Counted from the first letter of the stretch, positions 12,036 through 25,910 are shown. The stretch: 64,000 nucleotides of DNA from Paraspadella gotoi (GCA_051294375.1 CM119268.1:2848854-2912853), one strand, 5' to 3'. The notes: a model not told the origin generated them from the letters alone. Program-made: numbers and translations.

Positions 12036-12041
12036 AATAAA
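12036..12041 (+). promoter_or_regulatory. Candidate polyadenylation signal of CAMTA
   Basis: AATAAA about 410 nt after the TGA stop, in an AT-rich 3' UTR-like region. Confidence 0.4.
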
Positions 12042-15000
12042 GAAAGACATTCTTTAGAATTTTTACAACCTGCTGTACGTATAAATTAAGTTAGTTTTCT
12101 ACGTTATAATGCCCTTAATTCAAGTACCATTCCGAAATACTTTTACTAAAACCCCTTTCAACAATAATATCGATTATTTAACTGTGTTTACTCGTCATAA
12201 ACGTTGTATCATTTTTTAACATTTTTGAATGATGAATCAAGATATATCAAGAAAGGACTTCTCCATATATTTAGTTTAATTAACATTTTAATATCTCAAA
12301 AAATTGTTCAACTTTTTCAAAATTAAGATTTTTTTAATGTATATTTTATTATTAGTATAAGACTACCACTCAATTTTATGATATAGATAAAACAGTTATT
12401 TTAATTGTTCATAGCATTTATCCTAATACCAAGAGCTTATTCTCTAACTGACCTTTGTTTGTTAATCTTTTAATTCTAATTACTTTAGTTTAAACTTTAA
12501 ACTACCCTTTTTAGTAAGGAAACAAAATAATGGTAAGAAGGGCAACGCAACTTTTGATTAACTTTGTACCTTTGTAAAAGTTTTACTTTTTTAATATTTT
12601 TTAACTCTTGGATTTATTAATTTTGAAATACTGTTTTCATATAATACTTTTTTTAGCATTTAACTGCTTAATTTTTTTTCTTCAAAAAACGAATATAAAA
12701 GCTTTCAGTAAAATTTTAAATTGAGATTCATAGTAATTATCCTTTCTTTTTTCGTTGTTTGAGAGATTAACAAAGTTTGTAACAATAAAATTCGTTGCAA
12801 AAATAAAATCAAACTTTGTTAAATTAAGATTAAACTGTTTAGAAAAAAAAATAGTCATAAATATATATATTTCTAAATTTACTTTAAAAAAGTTTTACCA
12901 ATTTTTGGCTTCCTTATCGAGCCATATTTTTATGAAAGGAAAATTTTTTATCTTCCTTAACCTTTTAACTCTTTAAACGAGTTTTTGCTATTCCACCAAA
13001 TAAGTTTAATTTCTTTTATAATTGAATCATAAAAAAATACTTCTCATCTATTGCTGATCCATGTTAAAATATAGTGTCCTATAGACAAAACGAATTTGAA
13101 AGAAGAAAAGAAATATGAATTGGTGAAGAAAATTTAGTTTTTTCTTCATTTTCGTTTCAATCTATTCCTCACTGCATTAAAATATTTATTATGAAGCTTG
13201 ACTTCTGGTATTTGCTGTGTCTGATTGAAAAGTACATTTATTGGCACTGTGTAATCACAGACTGTTTAAAAAGACATTATAATGTTCCTTTTCAAGGAAA
13301 CCCTTTTAAGTTTATTTTACAGGTCATAACTAAATACAAATTTATTTTATAAGCTAACTCAACAAGGAAGTTTTAAAACTACTATGAAAATATCTACGAA
13401 ACAGTACATAGTCAAGAAGATGCAATTTTAATGGAAAACAGCAAATTGTATGCAATAAACGAGCCATGTGACCTCAACGAAAAAAAGCCCTCAAGGCTCT
13501 CCAATGCAGACTTTTCAGTCACAAACAGAAAAAAAAACAATTAAATTTTCCAGTCGGTCGACAATGAGTAAATCGTTTATTTCGGTTTATAGAATATAAT
13601 TCGTGATCGTGATTAAATTGTTAACAATGTTCAATTAAAAATCATTTTGAATATGTAGCGTAGGACCCGTCAACATAAGGATTGGGAAACAATCTGATCG
13701 TTGATCTCAAAGGTTACAAGTGGCAGCGAAAAAAACATTAGAAACATTTTAAAATAAGTTTGGTTTATTGAAATCATTTTAATAACATTAGATTGAGGGA
13801 TTACAAATGTTCGGAGTCGCGAGATATGATTTCGTTTAATTGTGGACGATCCTAATGATTCTTGTTCTTTTAATAAACTTATGATATTTTCACAAAGAGG
13901 AGCAAAACTTATTCATTCGTGATTTGAATCGGACTTTAGGTATCAATTTCGAAAGTAGATTAATTTTTTCAGCATTTTTATCGAAACAATCGGAGATGGT
14001 GCGCCGCTGATGATGGAACTCGAACGCAATTTAAAGAGAATTCTGATATTCTGCTAAAAAAAATTGGAAGACGGTATAAAGTTGACATATTTTGAATAAT
14101 TTGTGTTTGAGAAAAATAATTATTTTCTTTTATTATCAGTCGAACTCGAGTTAGCGGGCCATAAACGCGTGGACGACCAAAAGGAAGTTCCTTAAAACGA
14201 TTCTTTCTTCCCTCAGTCGACTGACCAAAATTATCACTGATGGCGAAAGTGTCTCCATTTTTTTTTTAGTTCCAGGGTTTCGCCCACCGCCGCCGTCCGC
14301 CGCCGCCGTCCGCCGCAGCCGCCGCCGTCCGCCGCATCCTGATCTACTCTGCCCGATATCGGTTCGCCGGAATTTCTCCGCCCCCCCTCCGTATTCCTAA
14401 AGAGTGTTGTCGTTGTCGTGCGGCACTTCTCTCGGCGTCGCTGCGCTCGTCGTCGTCGGCGCTGGAGTCACCGTTTCCGGTTCCCGTCTCTCGTCCTTTT
14501 CGGGTTTCTATGGAAACAATGTACACGCGGAGGGAATTGTACGATTTGAGAAAAGTGGAATGGATGGGGAGAGAGAGGCGGAGAGACACAGAGAGAGAGA
14601 GCCTTTTATTTGACATTTTCTGCGCGAATCGAGTCACAACTCCATTTTTTTGTTTTTGAAATTAACTGAAATAGATAATTAATTAAAATAGCTACTTTAG
14701 AAATTATTCAGGATCGTTGGTGGACATTATTTATTTCAGGAGATATCGAGTTTATGCATGAAATTTATTTTTTAATCAAGAATAAACAAAACAAAATTTA
14801 TTGACAAAAGAACATCAGAAATTCAACGAGATACAACTGAAGGTTTTAAAATTAAAACTAGCTCAGAAAAGGCAAAATGAAAACGTCGACAATGGTTTTT
14901 TGTGCCTTTGATCGTGACAACTACGCCTAAAGTTAAAGACCCTGTTATTTGTAACATAGTGGTTCTATCAGTTTTACTACCTCTCGAAATAATAATAGAA

Positions 15001-15585
15001 ACTCTGGTGCAAAATTAGTACTGAACCATACTAGGTGAATCTATAGAACTTTAGGGCCATAAAAAAAATCCTCTAAGTGCAAGAATCCCACTGCGTCAAT
15101 GAAAAAGTACTTAGCGTCACAAATAAGAAGATTCCGTAAATCGTTGTTTCGTGACAACAGATATAAAGAGATGAGAAACGATCTGAGCAGAAACGAGGCA
15201 AACAAAAGGCAATAAAAAAAAATCTACACAATTTTCCCAAAGCGCCCCATTTCTGTTCCTAATCCATACACTTAATCTTAATTATAATATTTATTTTTAA
15301 TATTTTTCCAAAGAATTAATACAAACCCTTATCCTTGTCTCTAATCCTTAACGTTAATCCGGGCCAGATTTTAACATTTTTTATAATATGAAAAAGTCTG
15401 CTATAAGAATATTTTGTCCTTTTATAACCAAATTGACTTATGATATTATATTTTGATTAAATTAATTTTCCTCATGCATAAAAACATTTTAATATTTAAC
15501 AAAATCATCGCAGGAATATCAAGCCACCAAAAGCAAATCGGATAGGAGACTCGAGCGATCTCCGCGGAAATGGAATTGCCGAATC

Positions 15586-15710
15586 CTGATTGGTCAAGCA
15601 TGGAACCAGAATCGACCAATCAGCTTGCAGAATCATTGGAACTAAATTTTATCCACGTTACCGATCGTCTTCCTTAGTTATAAATAGACTTAGCTTGTTC
15701 AAGTTTCAGT
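15586..15710 (+). promoter_or_regulatory. Promoter-like cluster: inverted CCAAT pair, TATA box and Inr
   Basis: CTGATTGGTC (15586) and GACCAATCAG (15614), ATTGG at 15635, TATAAATA at 15679 and TCAGT at 15706 (about 29 nt after the TATA). No downstream ORF was found. Confidence 0.35.
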
Positions 15711-15830
15711 AGCATTGATCAAGACTCCTGCGCGCGTCTCACATTCACCTTTATTTCTTCAGAAGATTCAAACCCACGCCTCCGAAGAAATGCTTAAAAA
15801 TTTTGTTAAGAAATTTAAATTTTTAAAAAT

Positions 15831-16053
15831 GGATTCTGATAAAGATTACAAAGTTAGATAAAGGTTAGTACTATAAATTTTAAAAATTTTAATGATAAAT
15901 AGGCTAAAATTGTAAAAAAAAATAAAAAAATTATCATTATCATCATCATTTATTAAATTTTATAGTATTTTTTAATTTTTATAGATAATAATTAAAATTT
16001 TAAAAAGTTATAATAATAACCTTCATTTAACTTTTCAAGCTCTATCAGAATCC
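15831..16053. mobile_element. MITE-like AT-rich foldback element
   Basis: Imperfect ~70-bp inverted arms: GGATTCTGATAAAGATTACAAAGTTAGATAAAGGTTAGTACTATAAATTTT... pairs with ...TATAATAATAACCTTCATTTAACTTTTCAAGCTCTATCAGAATCC. Confidence 0.55.
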
Positions 16054-16394
16054 GTTGATATTTTTGATATTATATTGTATTTTGACAATATAAAATAGCT
16101 TCCACGCATTTAACTATAAGATAAATCTTAATTTTATTTTTTTTTGCTTTTCACGATCTTTAATAAACTCATAAACAATAATTATACCGGACTTCTGGTA
16201 GTTTGTAACCTGTTCCGCCTTAATCCTTAATTCTAATTCCTATTTATAATCCCTCCTATCTGACCTAATCTTTATCTTTATCTTTATCTTTTTTTTTTTT
16301 AATTTTAATATTTAAACTTGAATCTAAATTTAAGAAGAAATGGGGCATTTAAGGAAAAGATGGCCGAAAAATCGTCCCGGCGGGAAGGATTGGG

Positions 16395-18136
16395 CTAAAG
16401 CGTGGTAGGGCCCCATTGGGAGGAAGAAGGGCCCATGGTGAGGGCGTGGCTCACCTGCGTCGAGACGCCCGGTTTAGGCTCGACGAGCGGATGTAGGACG
16501 ACGCCGTCAACTTCTTCGTCAGCGGCGTCGGACATTTGACTCTCGCGATATGTCGACCTAGAGGGCGAAGGAGATGTTATAATATGAAGTTAATGTAATG
16601 TGAATGTAAAGTGAAGCGTCTTAAATAAATCCATGTTTTATATGTTTCTTTTCTTTTCATACGCCTAAAAGGTCCAGAACAATACAATAATGAAACTAAT
16701 TCTTATGTTCTGTCTTTATGAAAACCTAAATTTATTGACAGTGAATCAACGGTTGTTTTATTGTCCTCGATTTAAAATTTTGCGACAAGATTTTCGTACT
16801 TTGAAATCTAAGCCGCGCAACGTGAAATAAATTGACAGCAGCTGTCAACTCAAATTAAAAAAAAAAGATTAGAATCTTTTTGGAAATTTAGCCGCTTCTC
16901 CGGTCTGACTTACCCCTAACTGATAATTAAACGACTTCAGATCATTTTAACTTTGTCAATCATTCCAGCCACACCTTTTTTCATACGATAAACTATTTTA
17001 AACAACCCGATTTAAACAACCCCCATTATCATTATATACAAATAAATTAATAATTTAATTACAATATCAATTAAAATATTGATAAAAATATCAATAAATT
17101 ATTAATTCAAACTCTACCAAATCATTCCCCTATTAACTAAAAATGGCTGAAAATCATTTCCTCCCTTTTATCATTTCATTTACTCACTAACCTTTCTTGT
17201 AGCAGAATGATTTGTAAGTTAATCTTATTTGCATATTGTAGTGTTTCGTTTTCAAAGCAACAGACTTTCATTATGTTACTTAAGAAGTTTTATGATATTA
17301 TTTTCCGATATTTCTTATATCAACATATGAATTTTTATTCTATTTCTAATTAATATTAATTCATTAGTGCATATATCCCGATCTCTCCCACTTATCCCTT
17401 CTCCCCAATCAACCACCACAACCGACCACCCCCCTCCCAAGGCCCACCTCCTCCTCCGGAAGGACCGCCTCGGGTCGGGGCTTTCGCCCGAGAGGCTGAC
17501 GTAGAACTTGGCGGATCTCCGTTGGATGATGTCGTCGAAGTCGAAGTCGTCTCTCTGGAGGTCGCGGTCGATCTTGCGGTAGGCGGTGGCGGAGACGGCG
17601 GCGCGCTTGAACAGCTTGTGGAGATTCTTCGAGTTGGGGACGGGCTGGTCGTCTGCGGCGCCGGAGCCTGATGCGGCGCCGGCCGCGGCGCCGGAGGACG
17701 AGGACGGCATGCGGATGGAGACGTCGCGTTTGAGTTTGAAGGAAACCTGATTGTTCGTTGAAGAAGGAGTGCGCGGGGGGGGGGGAGGCGAATATTGGTT
17801 GCGGATATTGGTTGTCTTGGTAAATCGGTGAATACATGTTTTGCCATCTTTCTCGAAAGGAGAGAAAAAAAAATTGAGGATTCGACAAAAAAACACAACT
17901 TCATATATCTTTCCTCAATTTTTTTTCTGTCAGGTTCTTGTCAGTTGTCAATAGGATTTTGGTTATTTTGATATTTCTTTTTTTTTTGTGTCCTGGTATC
18001 CTTCAATTCTTCAATTTTTCAGTTCTTCAATTTTTCAGTTTTTCAGATCATCAATTTTTCAGTTCTTAAGTTTATCAATTTTCAAGTTCTTCAGTTCATC
18101 ATCTTGAATTCTATCTTTTTTTTCTCTCTTTCCTTG

Positions 18137-18180
<44 letters not shown>

Positions 18181-21100
18181 TCCCAACTCCCCCGTCCAAA
18201 CCTGCGGCTTCAATCCCGGCGATCCCGGCGGCGGTAGCGTCGGTTCCGGCGTCAGCGAGTTCCTCGTCTCGGCGTCGGCCTTCAGTCCGTTTTCCGGCGA
18301 CATCGTCGTCGTCGTCGTCATCGTCTCTCCGCCGTCGTCGTCGGGATGTTCGTCGGAGATAATCTTCGTGGAAGTTTGAATTAAATTAAAATCATATGGA
18401 TGATGATGATGATGATTTTTTTAATAATATCATTATGGTACCTGACACTTATACTAGGCCATTTCCTTTTTTTCATGGATACAATATCGCATTCTAATTT
18501 GTCCGGCGACGTCAATCTAAAATCCCCCGTCAAGAAGACGTTTTCTACAACACAGATACTCCCATCGTTGTACTTTTATTATCGTCGCTGATCCTCCAAT
18601 GTAACCCAACCAATGCAGCCACCACTCGCTCCGTCCCCCGCCTTACCTTGATATCCTCGTCCCCGATCCTCCAACTGTGGTCGATGTTCATAAAGTGTTG
18701 ATGCAGCAGAATCTTTTGGTAAAAGTCGAGGATCTCTTCGTCCTTCTGCTCGGGTTCTCGTTGGAGGAGGCGCTTGAGGTGTTTGGCGTTGAAGCGCTCG
18801 AAGACGTCGCGGAGATAGTTGCGCCCGTGGTGGCCGGTGATCATGTCGATGCCGGCGCAGACGTGGTTCACCACCTGGGTGGGGGAGAAGGGGGGGGTAA
18901 TTTCATGTTCAATCTCCGTCGATATCACTTGCGTACTAAATCTGTAAAAGATTTTCTGAGCTCTCACAGTTTCCGTGAATGTTTGATCTCCTCTGGACTT
19001 CTCACACCACGATTTACATGATTCACGTTTTTTAGCACACTTTTTTAGTCTCTCTCTTTGTCACAACTCTTTCACCAAACTCCTCCAGCCTTACCATGTG
19101 ATCCAAAACGACCCAATCCTCCAGACTTACCATTTGACTCCTTTCAACTTTTACCTTTTGATTCAATTCTTCCAGCATGCTCAACTCCCTCTTGGCCTTC
19201 CTCTTGACCCTAAGTAGCGACACCAACGGCTTGATTGTGATCCCTTGGAAGAAGACGGTGAACAGGATGACCACGATTGTGGTCACGACGAAGAGGGACT
19301 TGTGGGGCGTGCCGTCTTTAAGGGTCACGGCCAGGGAAAATCCGACGGCTCCGCGCAGCCCGGCGTAGCACATGATAAAGACCTGTAAGGGAGATCATGA
19401 ATAAAAAGTTTGGCTGACAGATATTATGAAAAAGTGTCAGGAATTCAAAACTTGGAATGAGTTGAAATTAAATATATTGTTCCCATCTGATGTTCAAAAT
19501 TAATCAGTCCCTTTTACCGCTTTTTTTTACCGCTTTTACCGCTTTTACCGCTTTTTTTACCGCTTTTTTTACCGTTCACCTCTTCCGTTGCTATTTTGTT
19601 GACCCTCATGACCCGATTGGCGAAGGAGCAAAGGCCCCACATGATGGCGCAGCGGAAGAAGAGGCAGAGCAGCACCGTCCAGACGACGAAGCCGAGATGC
19701 CATTGTCGAAGGTAGGAGTACATCTTCTCGTCGGCGAGGGCGATGCCGAAGAAGAGGAAGATGACGGCGTCGCAGACGGTCGCCGCCATCTTGGTAAAGT
19801 ATTTGATGGTGTAGTAGCTCCTTAAGGGGGGAGGGGGGTTTGAGATGTTGCTGTTGTTTTGATTGGAGACGGGGGGGTGGCACTATTTACCAAGACGAGT
19901 CTTCAGGATAAAGATTGGCAGTTTCGGAAGAAATTAAAATTTGGACAAAATAGGATCTAGTGCTCTAGTGACCATATTGTAAGAAATTATTATCAAAGAC
20001 AAAGTGAAGGTTTTAATCGGTGAGATAGTTCCTTCGTCTTGTGAATTTTTAATTTAACAAACGAATTCTACATATTATTATTATTTATGATTATGTATTA
20101 TTAAATTTAAAGCAAATTATCAAATCAGTCGTTTATATCGTTAATTTTGAACTATTTTTTTCTCGATTTATGGTAATCGTCGCCTTAACATATTATACAT
20201 TTCACATTACTTTTTTGAGACGTTGTGCCTGGCGTACTGCCACTGGAAGAGTCCGCAAGCGATGATGGAGAGAATGCCCGACCAGTGAAAAAGTTCGGCC
20301 AGCAAGTAAGCCAAGTAGGCCGAGGTGAAAACCGTGAGAGGCTCCACCACTCGGACGTGATTCGTGAATTTGGTGATGAAGGAGCAGACGAATCCGCAGA
20401 CGAGACCGATCAGTATTCCGCCCAGACTGCGTGAGGAAAGGGACGAGGAATTACGGATAGCCTATTCACAAAACCAAGTCACGAAAAAGGCTGTGACTCG
20501 AAGAAAAATAAACTCAGTTAAAATCTAGTCAGGTCAGTTGGTTGTTATTGAATTTTTTTTAATTGTTACTGAACTACTGTTTGCAATAAAGATAATTTAA
20601 TATAAAAAATATGAAAACAATTTGTTTTTATACTTCATAAACAATACCTTTTAAAATATAGAAAAGGTCTCAAATTATATAAAAATATTTCTAAATACGT
20701 ATGAAACTAATTGAAAAACCAAAAGAGCCAAAAAAAAAAAAAAAAAAAAAAAAACAACTAAAAAAATATATAAACTAAAAAAAAATAAAAACCAAAATTA
20801 AAAGTTAAAAACTAAAAAAAAAAAAAAAAATTTTTTTCGTGTCCCTCCACCTGACGGTGAAAAAAGCCCCGAAGGCCAAGAAGTACTGATCGATGGAGAT
20901 GGAGGAGAGAGAGGCGAATGTGGCGAAGGTGTTGTAGAGAACCACGGTGACGGCGTCATTGAGAAGCGACTCCCCGAAGACCAGGAAGTAGAGAACGTCG
21001 TTCACGCCCACTTCCTGGAGGCGGGGGGTGATACAGAGTCAGGGGTGTTGGAGAAGGGGGGAAAGGATGGGGTGATAGAGAGGGAGGGTGATGGAGAAGG

Positions 21101-22013
21101 GGGAAAAGGATGGGGTGATAGAGAGGGAGTGGTGATGGAGAAGGGGGAAGGATGGGGTGATAGAGAGGGAGGGGATGGAGAAGGGGGGAAAGGATGGGGT
21201 GATAGAGAGGGAGGGGATATGGAGAAGGGGGAAAGGATGGGGGATAGAGAGGGAGGGGTGATGGAGAAGGGGGTAAAAGGTTGGGGTGATACAGAGGAGG
21301 GGTGATGGAGAAAGAGGGAAAATGGGGTGGAGAAGTTGAGTGAAAGGTGATAATATGTTGGAGAGCGAAGCGAGAAAGAATGACAGGTCTTAACTTTTCT
21401 AAACAGTCCTTCCTTCTCTTGAGTTGTCAAGGGTGTCAGAACTCCTAAGAATCACTTCTCACATCTCATTCCTCGTTATCAATATATGAAATATGAAATT
21501 GTTACAACGAATATAATTATTATCCATTCATTTATTAAATAACCTTTTCCTATTAGTTTAACTACAATTCACTCTTAATTCACTGATAATTACTCAGTAC
21601 TCACCTACCTACCACCCGCCCACCACCTTTTCTCGATACCCCCCTAATCGCCTATCTTAACCACCCCCCATTTTCCCCACCTGAAAGATGGCCAGCACAG
21701 CGACGGGGTCCACAGCCGAGATGATCGTAGCGAAGACGAGACTTTGGGTCAGGGAGAGATAATCTCCATCCAATGAACCCATGGCGCCCATGAGGAGAGG
21801 GCGTATAGGGTCGGACCGAGAGTGAACACACTGTTAGGGGAGGGGGGGCGTGGGGAACGATTTGGAGACGAGGGTTGGGAAACGTAGGGACATGAACTTA
21901 TGTGATCGTTTGTGTGAGATTTCTTGTTGCGATGAAATCGAAATATTAGTTATTCGCCAACATAGCTACTAGTAAGTCAGAACTCTTACTATGCAATTAA
22001 TTTTAAAACCAAA

Positions 22014-22063
<50 letters not shown>

Positions 22064-22068
22064 TAAAA

Positions 22069-22105
<37 letters not shown>

Positions 22106-23920
22106 TAGCTGAAGTTCTGAATTAAGTTGTTCAACAGGCAATGTCTATTGTCTTATCCGCCCACACCAGTGCTCACACAAGTTCGCACCAATCCCTCTTT
22201 CTCTCAACTCCTACCCCACTTGCCACACAATTCCCCCCATCCCCCCATCTCCCTCATCTCCCCCTTAACCACCTGATCAACGTCCCACAGACAGCGAACA
22301 ACAAGATGGTCCCGATGTTTGTCCAAAAGTGTTTATCGTGAAGACAATAGGCGCTGTCCAACATGATGCGGGGGCAGGAGGTAGATGAAGAAAGTGCGGG
22401 CGGAGAAACTCCGCAGGCTGATCATGGATTCGACCTCCAAGTGACCGTGAGTGTGAGCCACTCGGACCACGATGCCGACGATCACGCCCAGGATGATCAG
22501 CGCGCAGGATTCTGGGAGAAAAAAAAGGTGGGGGTTTCGTATTGTATAATTTTATATAAAAAACAAAATTGTTTAAACAGTAGTACAAATTGTTTACATA
22601 AATTGTGAGGTGATACGATTTCGAGAAGAAATAAATAGAATATGAAAACGGGAANNNNNNNNNNNNNNNNNNNNNNNNNAAAAAAAAAAATAAAAACCAA
22701 AATTAAAAGTTAAAAAACTAAAAAAAAAACAAAAAACTTTTTTTCGTGTCCCTCCACCTGACGGTGAAAAAAGCCCCGAAGGCCAAGAAGTACTGATCGA
22801 TGGAGATGGAGGAGAGAGAGGCGAATGTGGCGAAGGTGTTGTAGAGAACCACGGTGACGGCGTCATTGAGAAGCGACTCCCCGAAGACCAGGAAGTAGAG
22901 AACGTCGTTCACGCCCACTTCCTGGAGGCAGGGGGGTGATACAGAGTCAGGGGTGTTGGAGAAGGGGGGAAAGGATGGGGTGAGAGAGGGAAGGGTGATG
23001 GAGAAGGGGAAAAGGATGGGTGATAGAGAGGGAGTGGTGATGGAGAAGGGGGAAGGATGGGGTGATAGAGAGGGAGGGGGATGGAGAAGGGGGGAAAGGA
23101 TGGGGTGATAGAGAGGGAGGGGATATGGAGAAGGGGGGAAAGGATGGGGGATAGAGAGGGAGGGGTGATGGAGAAGGGGTAAAAGGTTGGGGTGATACAG
23201 AGGAGGGGTGAATGGAGAAGAGGGGAAAATGGGGTGGAGAAGTTGAGTGAAAGGTGATAATATGATGGAGAGCGAAGCGAGAAAGAATGACAGGTCTTAA
23301 CTTTTCTAAACAGTCCTTCCTTCTCTTGAGTTGTCAAGGGTGTCAGAACTCCTAAGAATCACTTCTCACATCTCATTCCTCGTTATCAATATATGAAATA
23401 TGAAATTGTTACAACGAATATAATTATTATCCATTCATTTATTAAATAACCTTTTCCTATTAGTTTAACTACAATTCACTCTTAATTCACTGATAATTAC
23501 TCAGTACTCACCTACCTACCACCCGCCCACCACCTTTTCTCGATACCCCCCTAATCGCCTATCTTAACCACCCCCCATCTTTCCCCCACCTGAAAGATGG
23601 CCAGCACAGCGACGGGGTCCACAGCCGAGATGATCGTAGCGAAGACGAGACTTTGGGTCAGGGAGAGATAATCTCCATCCAATGAACCCATGGCGCCCCA
23701 TGAGGAGAGGGCGTATAGGGTCGGACCGAGAGTGAACACACTGTTAGGGGAGGGGGGGCGTGGGGAACGATTTGGAGACGAGGGTTGGGAAACGTAGGGA
23801 CATGAACTTATGTGATCGTTTGTGTGAGATTTCTTGTTGCGATGAAATCGAAATATTAGTTATTCGCCAACATAGCTAGTAAGTCAGAACTCTTACTATG
23901 CAATTAATTTTAAAACCAAA

Positions 23921-24001
<81 letters not shown>

Positions 24002-24411
24002 TAATAATGCTGAAGTTCTGAATTAAGTTGTTCAACAGGCAATGTCTATTGTCTTATCCCCGCCACACCAGTGCTCACACAAGTTCGCACCAATCCCTCT
24101 TTCTTCAACTCCTACCCCCACTTGCCACCATTCCCCCCTTCCCCCCATCTCCCCTCATCTCCCCCTTAACCACCTGATCAACGTCCCCACGACGGCGAAC
24201 AACAAGATGGTCCCGATGTTGTCCAAAAAGTGTTTATCGTGAAGACAATAGGCGCTGTCCAACATGATCGGGGGCAGGAGGTAGATGAAGAAAGTGCGGG
24301 CGGAGAAACTCCGCAGGCTGATCATGGATTCGACCTCCAAGTGACCGTGAGTGTGAGCCACTCGGACCACGATGCCGACGATCACGCCCAGGATGATCAG
24401 CGCGCAGGATT
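16395..24411 (-). CDS. Na+/H+ exchanger (SLC9A/NHE, plasma-membrane type), coding exons 2 to last
   Basis: Exons on the - strand: 24411-24174 ([13 protein letters not shown]...[15 protein letters not shown]...[16 protein letters not shown]), 23740-23590 ([14 protein letters not shown]), 22921-22758 or its duplicate 21014-20851 ([17 protein letters not shown]), 20426-20211 ([17 protein letters not shown]), 19820-19580 (SYYTIKYF...IFLFFG), 19382-19155 ([10 protein letters not shown]...[11 protein letters not shown]), 18874-18647, 18363-18202, 17746-17448, 16557-16395 (ends ...GPTTL*). Splice phases are consistent. The C-terminal tail exons are less certain. Confidence 0.92.
21025..21330 (+). 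repeat. G-rich purine minisatellite in an NHE intron (duplicate at 22930-23240)
   Basis: Repeated ~41-nt units GGGGTGATAGAGAGGGAGGGGATGGAGAAGGGGGAAAGGAT. Confidence 0.8.
22014..22103. repeat. (TAA)n microsatellite (duplicate at ~23922-24008)
   Basis: Direct inspection. Confidence 0.9.
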
Positions 24412-25587
24412 CTGGGAGAAAAAAAAGGTGGGGGTTTCGTATTGTATAATTTATATAAAAACAAATTGTTTAAACAGTACGTACAAATTGTGAGGTGATA
24501 GATTTCGAGAAGAAGATAAAATAAATTATCAAAACGGGAAAAACCCAAATTAATAATACTGATAAAATTTTCAAAATACATTGTTCTAGAGAAAGTTTTA
24601 TCTGGTTAGTAAGGATGTAAACCTGACCGTTTTCATTCAATCAATCGCGGGTCAGTCCATTTCAATAAAGTATTTAAAAAAACGAATATTATTCTCCGTT
24701 CTTCGGTTCCCTTTTGTTTCTTTATTACTTACAATTAGTAAACATATACTCGCTGAACCATAAATTTTATATTTTTCCTCGAACTTCTTTCATTTTTTTT
24801 CGCACATACGTATTTCCAAAATCAATTCTTTTTTTTATATTTTTTTTTATTAACAACAGTTTTATGGATATACAGACAGACAGAGACCAGAAAGCGACTT
24901 CCTGCGACTAAGAGCTATCAGTCAACCCTTCAATCTTTACTTACAAAATGTAAACAAAACTGGAGAAAAAACGTAAAACAAGAAAAAAAAACTTCGCCCA
25001 GTCCTCGGGAACGGAGTGAGGGGGGGTGAACAGAGTAAGGGGGGAGCGATGGGGAGAGTCATGTTTTGCCGTTAATCTGATAAACAGTAAACGGATTAAA
25101 GCTCGAGGGGATAAATCAAAATTGATGAACGAGCAAAGACTAAAAATGGACTCGGAAAAGTGGGAAAGTTTAAGCGAAAAGAAATATTATGACCTCGGAA
25201 ACCTAGGCGGGGATGATGATGGATGATGATGATGAGAATGTGAGTGATGAGGATGATGATGAAGATGATGATGATAAAGATGATGATGATGATGATGATA
25301 ATAATATGATAACAAGGATGATGAATTGATGATTATGATGATGACCTTCTGTTAACAACGACGATCACCACTAAAGTTGTGAAAAAATGGTTTTCGTACT
25401 TGGAGGTAAAAATATATCACTCACGAGTTACTTTCTTTCTTACGTAATTAATGGGAAAGAAATAAAATAAAGACAAAGGAAAGTCCAGATAGATAAAGAA
25501 ACAGACAGATCAAAAGACTGACCGACAGAAAGACAGAAAATAACAGACGGATAAGGTAAAATCACCTGAAATCTGGAGATCTACTAA

Positions 25588-25771
25588 CACCTGAAACTAT
25601 AATAGTGATAGTGTGCAGATGATAGTAAATCTTCACAAAACCCCGACTCAAATCACCTGGAACCCTCTTGGAGATGGTGTGCAGATGATGATACAAAATC
25701 ATCACAAATCCCCGACTCAAATCACCTGGAACTCTCTTGGAGATGGTGTGCAGATGATGATACAAAATCAT
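25588..25771 (-). repeat. Distal end of the same 69-bp array (2 clean units plus 1 degenerate unit)
   Basis: ORF 25562-25771 reads (MILYHHLHTISKRVPGDLSRGFV)x2. The donors CAG|GTGAT at 25725 and 25656 are exactly 69 nt apart. Confidence 0.9.
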
Positions 25772-25875
25772 CGGTGGATCATAAAGCTCGCTCCATCTCT
25801 CTCTGTTCTCTCTCTCTCTCTCTCTCTTCTCATCTCTCCTTATCTCCTCTCTCCTCTCTCGTCTCTTCGCTCATC

Positions 25876-25910
<35 letters not shown>

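Larger units (their letters stand above)
20770..24540. repeat. ~1.9-kb tandem duplication of NHE exons 2-4 across a 25-N gap (probable assembly overlap)
   Basis: 20770-22650 and 22680-24540 are near-identical, introns included, differing mainly by 1-nt indels. The left copy has frameshifts (exon 21830-21681 is 150 nt versus 151 nt). Confidence 0.85.

Noticed and set aside
20770-24540. Duplicated NHE exons 2-4 as mutually exclusive exons or an internal gene duplication
   Set aside because: Introns and microsatellites are copied too, the differences are 1-nt indels, and the copies meet at a 25-N gap. This is typical of unmerged contig overlap.
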